From NCBI GenBank assembly GCA_045590155.1, contig JAZNQL010000005.1, forward strand, positions 1 to 63,016: a DNA stretch of 63,016 nt, given 5' to 3'. Made by a program: the position numbers and the translations under genes. The notes below the pieces were generated by a model. That model had not been told where the DNA came from, did no database searches, and saw nothing but the letters and a program-made list of their open reading frames with translations. This stretch comes from Clostridia bacterium. Its GTDB lineage: Bacteria; Bacillota; Clostridia; UMGS1883; UMGS1540. This document shows, piece by piece, positions 51,499 through 60,159 of the stretch. Position 1 is the stretch's first letter; each line of letters starts with the position of its first letter.

Positions 51499-53022
51499 AT
51501 GTCAACGGCAAAGGTTTTTTCCTGCGGACTTACAGGAATAAACGGTTTTATTACCGAGGTTGAAGCTGATGCTTCGGGCGGACTCCCCTCTTTTGATATT
51601 GTGGGACTTCCCGATACCGCGGTAAAAGAAGCAAAGGAACGTGTGCGTGCAGCAATAAAAAATTGCGGATACACACTTCCTTCAAAGAAATATACTTTAA
51701 ATCTTGCCCCTGCGAGAATAAGAAAAGAAGGAACTCACTTTGACCTTCCTATTGCGGTGGCAGTTTTGGCGTGCACAGAGCAGTGCAAAAAAACAGAAGA
51801 TTATGTTTTAATAGGCGAGCTTTCGCTTGCAGGAGAAGTAAGACCTGTACGAGGTATTCTTCCTATGGTAACAGACGCTTTGAAGGAAGGATTTAAAAAG
51901 TTTATCCTTCCATTTGATAATGCAGAAGAAGCGGCACTTTCAGGGGCAGAGGTTTTTGGAGTAAAAACTTTGGCAGATGCAGTAAACTTTATAAAAGAAG
52001 ACCTTGAAATTGCACCGCAAGAATGCAATATAGAAGACATTTTTAATCAAAACAGAGAATATGAGGTTGATTTTTCCGAGGTTCATGGACAGGAGAATGT
52101 AAAGCGTGCCGTAGAAATTGCGGCAGCGGGAGGACATAATCTTTTAATGGTGGGAGCACCAGGGTCAGGCAAGAGTATGATAGCAAAAAGAATTCCCACA
52201 ATTTTGCCCGAAATGAGCGTAGAAGAAGCCATTGAAGTAACAAAAATTTACAGTACGGCAGGGATTTTGCCCGATGGAAAGCCCCTTGTAACTCAAAGAC
52301 CTTTCAGGGCGCCGCATCACACGGTATCGGCACCTGCACTTGCTGGAGGAGGAAATTCGGCAAAACCCGGCGAGCTTTCTCTTTCACACAACGGAGTATT
52401 ATTTTTAGACGAATTACCTGAATTTTCGCGCAGTACAAGCGAGGTTTTGCGCCAGCCTATGGAAGATGGGTTTGTAACCGTTACAAGAGTAAATGCAACC
52501 TGTACCTATCCTTGCAAAACTATGGTTGTTTGTGCAATGAACCCTTGTAAATGCGGCTATTACGGCGATAGTATGAAACCGTGCCGATGCAGCGAAGGCG
52601 AGGTACACCGTTACCTTTCAAGGGTAAGCGGCCCTCTTCTTGACAGGCTTGATATACAGGTAGAGGTTCCGAGAGTAACATATTCTGATTTAAGAACCGC
52701 TCCGGCAGAAAGCTCTGCCGACATAAAAAAGAGGGTTGAAAAAGCAAGAAAAATACAGCTTTCCCGATATAAAGACAGCGGAATATACTGCAACGCCCAG
52801 CTTTCGGGCGAAGGAATAGATAAATTCTGCACCTTAACAGAAATAGGACGTGCAGTTTTAGAGGGCGCATTTGAAAGTATGGCAATGAGTGCAAGAGCAT
52901 ATTCGCGCATACTTAAGGTAGCACGGACAATAGCAGACCTTGAAGGAAAGGAGAATATTGACGAGATGCATATAGCCGAGGCTATTCAGTATCGCAGTCT
53001 TGACAAAAAAATCCTGTTATGA
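51499..53022 (+). CDS. comM: YifB/ComM family Mg-chelatase-like AAA+ ATPase
   Basis: 507 aa. It has a Lon-protease-like N-domain (GLPSFDIVGLPD..KE..RV), Walker A (GAPGSGKSM), LFLDELPEF and a Cys cluster (CKCGYYGD..C.C). Confidence 0.88.
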   Translation: MSTAKVFSCGLTGINGFITEVEADASGGLPSFDIVGLPDTAVKEAKERVRAAIKNCGYTLPSKKYTLNLAPARIRKEGTHFDLPIAVAVLACTEQCKKTEDYVLIGELSLAGEVRPVRGILPMVTDALKEGFKKFILPFDNAEEAALSGAEVFGVKTLADAVNFIKEDLEIAPQECNIEDIFNQNREYEVDFSEVHGQENVKRAVEIAAAGGHNLLMVGAPGSGKSMIAKRIPTILPEMSVEEAIEVTKIYSTAGILPDGKPLVTQRPFRAPHHTVSAPALAGGGNSAKPGELSLSHNGVLFLDELPEFSRSTSEVLRQPMEDGFVTVTRVNATCTYPCKTMVVCAMNPCKCGYYGDSMKPCRCSEGEVHRYLSRVSGPLLDRLDIQVEVPRVTYSDLRTAPAESSADIKKRVEKARKIQLSRYKDSGIYCNAQLSGEGIDKFCTLTEIGRAVLEGAFESMAMSARAYSRILKVARTIADLEGKENIDEMHIAEAIQYRSLDKKILL

Positions 53023-53438
53023 TTGAATTTATATCAAAAAATCCTGCCGAAACAGAAAGCTTTGCGGCAGATTTTGCAAAAAAAATAACTCCCCCCGCAC
53101 AAATTTTTTTAAAAGGGGATTTGGGTGCCGGGAAAACGGCCTTCACACGCGGTTTTGCAAAAGGACTGGGGTATGAAGGAAGAGTTTCAAGTCCTACCTT
53201 TACCGTTATGAATATGTATGAAGGCACCCCAAACATTTATCACTACGATTTTTACAGGGTACAAAGCGAGGAAGAGCTTGAAGAGCTTGGTGTGTACGAG
53301 TATTTGTATAAAGACATTTCGCTTATAGAATGGCCCGACAAGGTGGAAGATTTGTTCCCTGATGCAATAACCGTAAAAATCGAAAGAGGAGAAGAGGAAG
53401 AAGAACGCAAAATAAAAGTAGAAGGACTGAATTTATGA
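53019..53438 (+). CDS. tsaE: tRNA t6A37 biosynthesis ATPase TsaE
   Basis: 139 aa with GDLGAGKTAFTRG, SPTFT and YHYDFYR. Confidence 0.9.
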   Translation: MIEFISKNPAETESFAADFAKKITPPAQIFLKGDLGAGKTAFTRGFAKGLGYEGRVSSPTFTVMNMYEGTPNIYHYDFYRVQSEEELEELGVYEYLYKDISLIEWPDKVEDLFPDAITVKIERGEEEEERKIKVEGLNL

Positions 53439-54127
53439 ACATACTTGGGATAGAAAGCTCTGCCCTATCAGCAGGGGCAGCAATAATGCAAAACGGAAAA
53501 ATAGTGGCAGAAAGCTATTTAAACAGTGGTCTTACCCATTCTGAAACACTTTTACCTCAAATAGATGAGGTACTCAAAAAAGCAAAAATTGATATATCAG
53601 AAATAGATTTGTTTGCAGCATCCGACGGGCCAGGCTCATTTACAGGCTTGCGCATAGGCGTAGGTACATTAAAAGGTCTTGCAATGGCACAGGGTAAGCC
53701 TTGTGTTGGCGTATCCCCTTTAATGAGCCTTGCATACAACGTGTCGGTTTTTGACGGACTTATCTGTCCCATTATGGATGCACGAAGAGCAGAGGTTTAT
53801 AACGCAATCTACCGTTTTGAAGACGCACAGATAAAGGAAGTTTGCGAAAAAAGGGCAATACCTATAGATGCACTTTGTATGGAAATTTCAGAAAAAACTA
53901 TTTTTGTTGGCGACGGAGTCCCTGTTTATAAAGAAAGAATAAAAGAAATACTGAAAGATAAAGCCTTTTTTGCTCCCGAGAATCTTTGTTATCAAAGAGC
54001 ATCGGGCATAGTAATGGCGGCACAGAATATTGCACCTGTATCGGCAGACGAGATTTTGCCCGGATATATAAGAAAACCACAGGCGGAACGTGAATATGAA
54101 GAAAGACAAAAGGAGATTAAAAAATGA
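53435..54127 (+). CDS. tsaB: tRNA t6A37 biosynthesis protein TsaB
   Basis: 230 aa with ILGIESS, GPGSFTGLRIG. It follows tsaE with a 4-nt overlap. Confidence 0.9.
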   Translation: MNILGIESSALSAGAAIMQNGKIVAESYLNSGLTHSETLLPQIDEVLKKAKIDISEIDLFAASDGPGSFTGLRIGVGTLKGLAMAQGKPCVGVSPLMSLAYNVSVFDGLICPIMDARRAEVYNAIYRFEDAQIKEVCEKRAIPIDALCMEISEKTIFVGDGVPVYKERIKEILKDKAFFAPENLCYQRASGIVMAAQNIAPVSADEILPGYIRKPQAEREYEERQKEIKK

Positions 54128-54564
54128 TAGTTATAGGATCTGACCACGGCGGTTACACATTAAAAGAATTTTTAAAAAAATACCTTTCAGAAAAAGGCTA
54201 TGAAGTAAGTGATATGGGATGCAACGGAGAATCCTGCGATTATCCTGACATTGCGGAAAAAGTAGCAAAAGAAGTAATCGAAAAAAGAGCAGAATGTGCA
54301 GTTTTGTGCTGCGGCACGGGACTTGGAATTTCAATAGCTGCAAACAAAATAAATGGCATACGCGCAGCAGTTGTAAGCGAGCCTGTATCGGCACGCCTTG
54401 CAAAAGAACATAACAATGCAAATATCTTATGCCTCGGCGGAAGAACAACGGGCGAAGTTTTAGCGGCAGAATGTGTTGATGCGTGGCTTTCGGCAGAGTT
54501 TTTGGGAGGAAGACACGCAGTAAGAGTAGACAAGATTTCAAGCCTTGAAAGGAATGATAAGTAA
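54124..54564 (+). CDS. rpiB: Ribose-5-phosphate isomerase B
   Basis: 146 aa with [21 protein letters not shown] and RHAVRV. Confidence 0.9.
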   Translation: MIVIGSDHGGYTLKEFLKKYLSEKGYEVSDMGCNGESCDYPDIAEKVAKEVIEKRAECAVLCCGTGLGISIAANKINGIRAAVVSEPVSARLAKEHNNANILCLGGRTTGEVLAAECVDAWLSAEFLGGRHAVRVDKISSLERNDK

Positions 54565-55022
54565 TGAAATGCCCCTACTGCAGTTTTACAGAAAGCAAGG
54601 TAATTGACTCACGTCCCACAGAAGGCGGAGATATAAGAAGAAGACGAGAATGTCTTGAATGTGCACAGCGTTTTACTACTTACGAAAAAATAGAAACTAT
54701 GCCAATAATGGTAGTTAAAAAGGATAAGACAAGAGAAGAATTTTCGGCTGAAAAGCTTATGAGCGGCATTTTGCGCGCCTGCCAGAAACGCCCTATCCCC
54801 ATGAACGTTATAGAGGGGGTGGTAGCTGATATCGAAACAGTTGTGCAAAACTCTATGGAGCACGAAATAAGTTCTGACAAAATAGGCGAAATGGTAATGG
54901 ACAGACTTAAGGAAATTGACGAGGTTGCCTATGTTCGTTTTGCATCGGTTTACCGCCAGTTCAAGGATATAAACACCTTTATGGAAGAACTTAACAAGCT
55001 TTTGGTTGAGAAGAAAATCTGA
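54564..55022 (+). CDS. nrdR: Transcriptional repressor NrdR
   Basis: 152 aa. It has a zinc ribbon ([26 protein letters not shown]) and an ATP-cone. Confidence 0.95.
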   Translation: MKCPYCSFTESKVIDSRPTEGGDIRRRRECLECAQRFTTYEKIETMPIMVVKKDKTREEFSAEKLMSGILRACQKRPIPMNVIEGVVADIETVVQNSMEHEISSDKIGEMVMDRLKEIDEVAYVRFASVYRQFKDINTFMEELNKLLVEKKI

Positions 55023-55050
55023 ACATTTTCCTATCCCCTAAAAAATAATA

Positions 55051-55087
55051 AAAGGCAGTGTAAAAAATTTTTTACACTGCCTTTTTC
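55051..55087. terminator. Bidirectional intrinsic terminator
   Basis: AAAGGCAGTGTAAAAAA / TTTTTTACACTGCCTTT followed by TTT. It lies between the convergent nrdR and the 55143-55439 gene. Confidence 0.85.
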
Positions 55088-55142
55088 AAATAATATTTAT
55101 TTAATTTTTGTTTAAAGAATGCGGTAAAATATATGCCGATTT

Positions 55143-55439
55143 TTATTTTTCATATTCTGTAGAAACCTTTTCTAAAAAGGATGCAATATCCACCTTTTTG
55201 CACTCTTCAAAAAAGCTTTGGGCATACTCCTTTAAAACATTTATATCAGTGCTCTTTGTCAGAAGAGAATTTACATTTTCTTTAAAAGGGGCGGAATATC
55301 TGCTCCCGAAAAAAAGAGAGCAAAACAAAATAAGAGAAATAACGCACCTTGTAAAAAAACCGCGAAAAAGCTTTGTTTTTTTAGGCTCCTGCCTTTGTGT
55401 ATTTTTGTGATTCAAGGTCATTTTATTTTTATTTTTCAT
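55143..55439 (-). CDS. Small single-TM protein with a basic N-terminus, function unknown
   Basis: The ORF track extends to 55475. I prefer the ATG at 55439, after GGGAGG. The product is 98 aa with the TM segment CVISLILFCSLFF. Confidence 0.5.
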   Translation of the reverse strand: MKNKNKMTLNHKNTQRQEPKKTKLFRGFFTRCVISLILFCSLFFGSRYSAPFKENVNSLLTKSTDINVLKEYAQSFFEECKKVDIASFLEKVSTEYEK

Positions 55440-55589
55440 AAAAAACCTCCCTTTAAAAGTAGCCTTAAAAAACATCTTTAGCGTTAGTTGTTAAGACTAC
55501 ACTTTGTCCTTTTAGTTTAATAATATTAAAAAAACATAAAAATATGATAAAATCTGCCTTAAAATAACCTTTAAATCCTTTAAAAAACC

Positions 55590-55618
55590 TTGCAAAACAA
55601 AAGAAAATATGGTAAAAT
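55590..55618 (+). promoter_or_regulatory. Candidate promoter for smc: TTGCAA-17 nt-TAAAAT
   Basis: TTGCAA at 55590-55595, a 17-nt spacer, TAAAAT at 55613-55618. Confidence 0.5.
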
Positions 55619-55687
55619 ATTCTTAAGTATTTTTTGCTTTAAAAATTCAACTTGGGCGAGACAAAAAGCAGATAAAGAGGTGTTAAA

Positions 55688-58600
55688 ATGTTTTTAAAAC
55701 GCCTGAGTATGCAGGGGTTCAAATCGTTTGCAGATAAAATAGATATGGAGTTTGGCGACGGTATAACAGGTATCGTAGGTCCTAACGGCAGCGGGAAGAG
55801 CAATATTTCGGATGCTTTGCGCTGGGTAATGGGAGAACAGAGCGCCAAAACACTTCGCGGCGGTAAAATGGAGGACGTAATTTTTGCCGGCAGCGAAAAG
55901 AGAAAACCGCTCGGATTTTCGGAGGTAACAATAACCCTCGATAACACAAGCGGGGTTTTTGCATCGGAATATTCCGAAATAGAGGTAACAAGGCGTGTTT
56001 ACCGCTCGGGCGAAAGTGAGTATCTTATAAACAAAAGCCCTTGCAGATTAAAGGATATACACGAGCTTTTTATGGATACTGGTCTTGGAAGAGACGGATA
56101 CTCCGTTATAGGACAGGGCAAAATAGACGAAATTATGTCCACAAAGGCAGAGGACAGGCGTCATATTTTTGAAGAGGCGGCAGGCATTTCAAAATACAAG
56201 TACCGCAAGCAGGAAGCCGAACGAAAGCTTGAAAATACCGAGGCAAACCTTGTGCGCGCAAGAGATATTATGACCGAGCTTGAATCACAGGTTGGTCCGC
56301 TCCAAACGCAATCCAAAAAAGCAAGAAAATATCTTGACCTTCGGGAAGAGCTTAAAAAGACCGAGGTTAATTTGTCGATAGTACAAATAGAAAAAATCCG
56401 TGCCGACGAAGATAAAAACAGCGAGAACTTTGCAAATCTCACAATGGAGCTTGAATCGGCACAGCTTGCATACAATAATCTTTTGTTCTCGGAACAACAG
56501 CTTTTCGAAAAAATCCGCCAGAGAGAGGGAGATATCGAACAGCAAAGAAGCGGACTTCACTCGTCCGAAATGGTTTTTGAGCGCACACAAAGCGAAATCG
56601 CTTTATTGCAAAAGGATATAGAAAATGCAAAGGCAAATATTGCAGAACTTCTTGCCGAAGCTGAAGGCTTTGAAAAAAGTGCACAAAAAACGGTGCAGGA
56701 TTCCTCACTTCAGGATGAAGAAACCGAGAAAATAAATAAAGATATTGCAGAGCTTGAACATAAAGTTTCCCTGCTTTTTGAAGAAAACGAAAAAATTCAG
56801 GGGAAAATAAATGCAAAAAACGGCGAAGTATTTAACCTTCAGCGAAATGTTGATGAGGCAATGAGAGAAATTTTAAACATTGCCCACAAAAAAGAAAACG
56901 CCGAAAGCTTTGCCGAAAACTTTGCTGAAAGAGCCGAAAAAATCGAAAAAAGCATTGCCGAGGCAGAAGACAGAAAAAAAGCCTTGGCAGAAGAAAAGGC
57001 ACAGATAGAAAAAGAAATTAAAGAAAACACAGAGCTTTCCGAAAAAACAAAGAAAGAACTTTCCGAAAACGAACAAAAAATAATTCTGGCAAGACAAAAA
57101 GTGAGTGAAAAGAAAAATCAGTATAATACCCTCTCGTCACAGCAAAGCGCAAAAGCGGCAAGACTTTCTGCCTTAAAGGAAATGGAGCGCAGTATGGAAG
57201 GGTTTGCCCCCGGCGTGCGTGCGGTTATGCAGGCACAGGAGCTTTCGGGCAGGGTAAGAGGTGTTTTATCCTCGCTTATAAATGTTGAGGATAAATATTT
57301 AACTGCCGTTGAGGTAGCTTTGGGCGGAAGCTTGCAGAACATTGTTACAAAAACCGAGCAGGATGCAGCCTTTGCCATTGAATATTTAAAAAGAGAAAAA
57401 AAGGGCAGAGCAACCTTTTTGCCTATGAACGCCGTTTCTGGCAGACGACTTGAAGAAGAAGGAAAATTAAAGGGCAAAGAGGGATATTTAGGTCTTGCCT
57501 GCGATTTTGTTTTATGCGACAGCGAATATAATAATATAATTTTAAATCTTTTAGGAAAAACTGTGGTTTGTGACAACTCGCAAAACGCAATATCCATAGC
57601 AAAACAGTTTTCGCACAGAATAAAGGTTGTAACGCTTGAAGGCGAGCTTTTAATGCCTGGCGGAGCTATGCAGGGCGGAAGCCGAAGCATAAAACAACAG
57701 ATTTTGGGCAGAAGCAAGGAAATAGCCTTGCTTGAAGAAGAGCTTGTAAAGATAGAAAAACAGCTTGACAAAACAGAGGACGAAATAGACAATCTTGAAG
57801 AAGAGGGAATTGCCCTTTCAAAGAAAACAGAACAGGTGCGTCAAAGCTTGCAATCCCTTACTCAAAAACATACCGAGCTTTTGGGTAAAACAGAAACAAA
57901 TGCACACTTATCTCAAAGGGAAGATGACGAGCTTAAAAATTTAAATGAGCAAAAACAGCTTATTTACAGTGCAAGCGAAGGATACGAAGACCAGATGCTT
58001 ATGTTTGAAAAAGAGGAAGAAAAAGCACGGAAAAATCACAACCTTGCACAGGAAAATCTTGATAAGAGTCGAGATGAGCTTAAAAAGATTTTAGAAGAAA
58101 AAGAAAATATGGGTAAAGAGGCAACAAGTGTGCGAATGCAGATAAATGACCGCCACCGTGATGCCGAGCTTTGCCTTATGCAAAAAGAAAATGCTCTTCG
58201 TGAAGCTGAAAAAATGAACCGTATGGCACAGGCAAAGCGTGAGGAAATAACAAGACAGGAAAATAGTATAAAAGAAATTCTTTTGCGTATAGAGTTAAAA
58301 AACAAGGATACCGAGGAGAATGAAAAGCTTTCTAAAGAACTGCGCGAAAGTATAGAAAAGATGACACGCGAAAAAGAAGAAGAAAATGCACAGCTCGATA
58401 AAATAAGAGAAGACGTAAAAAGCAAAAACGAAAGAGTACTTCACTTAAACGAAGAGCATACAAGGTTTGAATCAAAAATTTTGCGCACAAGAGAAGAGCT
58501 TGAAAGAATAATCTCTAATTTATGGGACAGTTATGAGCTTACATATTCTTCGGCACTTGAGCTTAAGAGCGATATAGGAGACATAAAGGAAGCTAAAATA

Positions 58601-59227
58601 AAGGTTTCGGAGTTAAAGGGACAAATGAAAAGGCTTGGCAACATAAACCTTGACTCGATAGAAGAATATAAAAGAGTTTTCGAAAGATATACAGAGCTTT
58701 CGGGCAATATTGCAGACCTTGAAGGCGCAAAAGCAGAGCTTTGTAAAATAATTTCGGAAATGACAAAAATTATGACCAAAACCTTTGAAGAACAGTTTAC
58801 CGTTATAAACAAAGCCTTCGGGGAAGTATTTGCAAAGCTTTTTGGCGGAGGTACGGCAAAGGTTTCGCTTTCAGACCCGAAAAATGTTCTGGAAAGCGGT
58901 ATAGAAATAGAGGTACAGCCCCCTGGTAAAAAGCTTCAAAGACTTCAGCTTTTGTCGGGCGGCGAAAAGGCTCTTTCTGCGGCGGCACTTTTATTTGCCG
59001 TGTTCAAGGTAAGACCTGCCCCCTTCTGCATCCTTGACGAAATTGAGGCAGCGCTTGACGATAATAACATTCTGCGATTTGCAGAATACTTAAAAAGCTG
59101 TACCGATAAAACACAGTTTATAGTAATAACACACCGCCGAGGAACAATGGAAGCGGCAGACATTTTATACGGCATAACCATGCAGGAAAAGGGTGTTTCC
59201 AAAATGCTGGCAATGCATCTTAACTGA
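55688..59227 (+). CDS. smc: Chromosome condensation/segregation ATPase SMC
   Basis: 1179 aa. It has Walker A (GPNGSGKSN), long coiled coils and a hinge region. The ABC signature (LSGGEKAL) and Walker B (FCILDEIEAALD) are also present. Confidence 0.97.
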   Translation: MFLKRLSMQGFKSFADKIDMEFGDGITGIVGPNGSGKSNISDALRWVMGEQSAKTLRGGKMEDVIFAGSEKRKPLGFSEVTITLDNTSGVFASEYSEIEVTRRVYRSGESEYLINKSPCRLKDIHELFMDTGLGRDGYSVIGQGKIDEIMSTKAEDRRHIFEEAAGISKYKYRKQEAERKLENTEANLVRARDIMTELESQVGPLQTQSKKARKYLDLREELKKTEVNLSIVQIEKIRADEDKNSENFANLTMELESAQLAYNNLLFSEQQLFEKIRQREGDIEQQRSGLHSSEMVFERTQSEIALLQKDIENAKANIAELLAEAEGFEKSAQKTVQDSSLQDEETEKINKDIAELEHKVSLLFEENEKIQGKINAKNGEVFNLQRNVDEAMREILNIAHKKENAESFAENFAERAEKIEKSIAEAEDRKKALAEEKAQIEKEIKENTELSEKTKKELSENEQKIILARQKVSEKKNQYNTLSSQQSAKAARLSALKEMERSMEGFAPGVRAVMQAQELSGRVRGVLSSLINVEDKYLTAVEVALGGSLQNIVTKTEQDAAFAIEYLKREKKGRATFLPMNAVSGRRLEEEGKLKGKEGYLGLACDFVLCDSEYNNIILNLLGKTVVCDNSQNAISIAKQFSHRIKVVTLEGELLMPGGAMQGGSRSIKQQILGRSKEIALLEEELVKIEKQLDKTEDEIDNLEEEGIALSKKTEQVRQSLQSLTQKHTELLGKTETNAHLSQREDDELKNLNEQKQLIYSASEGYEDQMLMFEKEEEKARKNHNLAQENLDKSRDELKKILEEKENMGKEATSVRMQINDRHRDAELCLMQKENALREAEKMNRMAQAKREEITRQENSIKEILLRIELKNKDTEENEKLSKELRESIEKMTREKEEENAQLDKIREDVKSKNERVLHLNEEHTRFESKILRTREELERIISNLWDSYELTYSSALELKSDIGDIKEAKIKVSELKGQMKRLGNINLDSIEEYKRVFERYTELSGNIADLEGAKAELCKIISEMTKIMTKTFEEQFTVINKAFGEVFAKLFGGGTAKVSLSDPKNVLESGIEIEVQPPGKKLQRLQLLSGGEKALSAAALLFAVFKVRPAPFCILDEIEAALDDNNILRFAEYLKSCTDKTQFIVITHRRGTMEAADILYGITMQEKGVSKMLAMHLN

Positions 59228-59241
59228 TAAAGGAGAAAATC

Positions 59242-60156
59242 ATGGCATTTTTTAAAAAACTTAAAGAAGGACTTGCAAAAACACGCAACGCCTTTTCGGA
59301 AGGGATAGACAATGTATTCAAAGCATTTGTACGTGTTGATGAGGAGCTTTTTGAAGAGCTTTGCGATACGCTTATAATGGCAGATATAGGAGCCGTTTGT
59401 GCAGACCAGATAACAGAAGAGCTTCGCGAAAGAGTAAAAGAAAAACGCATAACAGAGGGCGAAGAAGTAAAGGCAGAGCTTATAGAAATAATCCGCGAAA
59501 AGCTTGGCGAAGAAAAAGGGCTTGACCTTGAAAATAAGCCTGCCGTAATCCTTGTTATGGGAGTAAACGGTGCAGGCAAAACAACTTCCATAGGAAAGCT
59601 TGCGGCACAAATGAAATCACAGGGGAAAAATGTGCTTTTGGCAGCGGCAGACACCTTCCGTGCCGCTGCAATAGACCAGCTTTGTGTATGGAGCGAAAGA
59701 GCAGGAGTATCAATCGTCCGGGGAAACGAAGGTCAGGACCCTGCATCTGTAATATTTGATGCGTGCCATGCAGCAAAAAACAGAAATGTTGATGTTTTAA
59801 TTTGCGATACTGCAGGCAGACTTCAAAACAAAAAAAATCTTATGGAAGAGCTTAAAAAGATTTATAAAATTATAGATAAAGAGCTTCCGGGAGTATCAAA
59901 AGAATGTATTTTGGTGCTTGATGCGGGGACAGGGCAGAATGCAGTTTCCCAGGCAGAGCTTTTTGCAGAAGTTGCACCCTTGACAGGCATAATTTTAACA
60001 AAGCTTGACGGCACTGCAAAGGGCGGAATAATAATATCAATCGCAATGAAACTCGGAATACCAGTAAAATATATAGGCATAGGCGAAGGAGTCGACGATT
60101 TGCAGGAATTTTCGCCCAAAGAATTTGCCGATGCCATATTTGAAAAGGAGCAGTAA
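59242..60156 (+). CDS. ftsY: Signal recognition particle receptor FtsY
   Basis: 304 aa with NG-domain motifs GVNGAGKTTS, DTAGR and TKLDGTAKGG. It follows smc as in Bacillus. Confidence 0.96.
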   Translation: MAFFKKLKEGLAKTRNAFSEGIDNVFKAFVRVDEELFEELCDTLIMADIGAVCADQITEELRERVKEKRITEGEEVKAELIEIIREKLGEEKGLDLENKPAVILVMGVNGAGKTTSIGKLAAQMKSQGKNVLLAAADTFRAAAIDQLCVWSERAGVSIVRGNEGQDPASVIFDACHAAKNRNVDVLICDTAGRLQNKKNLMEELKKIYKIIDKELPGVSKECILVLDAGTGQNAVSQAELFAEVAPLTGIILTKLDGTAKGGIIISIAMKLGIPVKYIGIGEGVDDLQEFSPKEFADAIFEKEQ

Positions 60157-60159
60157 AAG

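Noticed and set aside
57118-59654. Several long minus-strand ORFs (57118-57792, 58036-58425, 58945-59610, 59220-59654) antisense to smc and ftsY
   Set aside because: They are shadow ORFs of Glu/Lys-rich coiled-coil coding sequence. The translations are Ser/Phe/Cys-rich with no recognisable motifs, and they overlap strongly supported genes.
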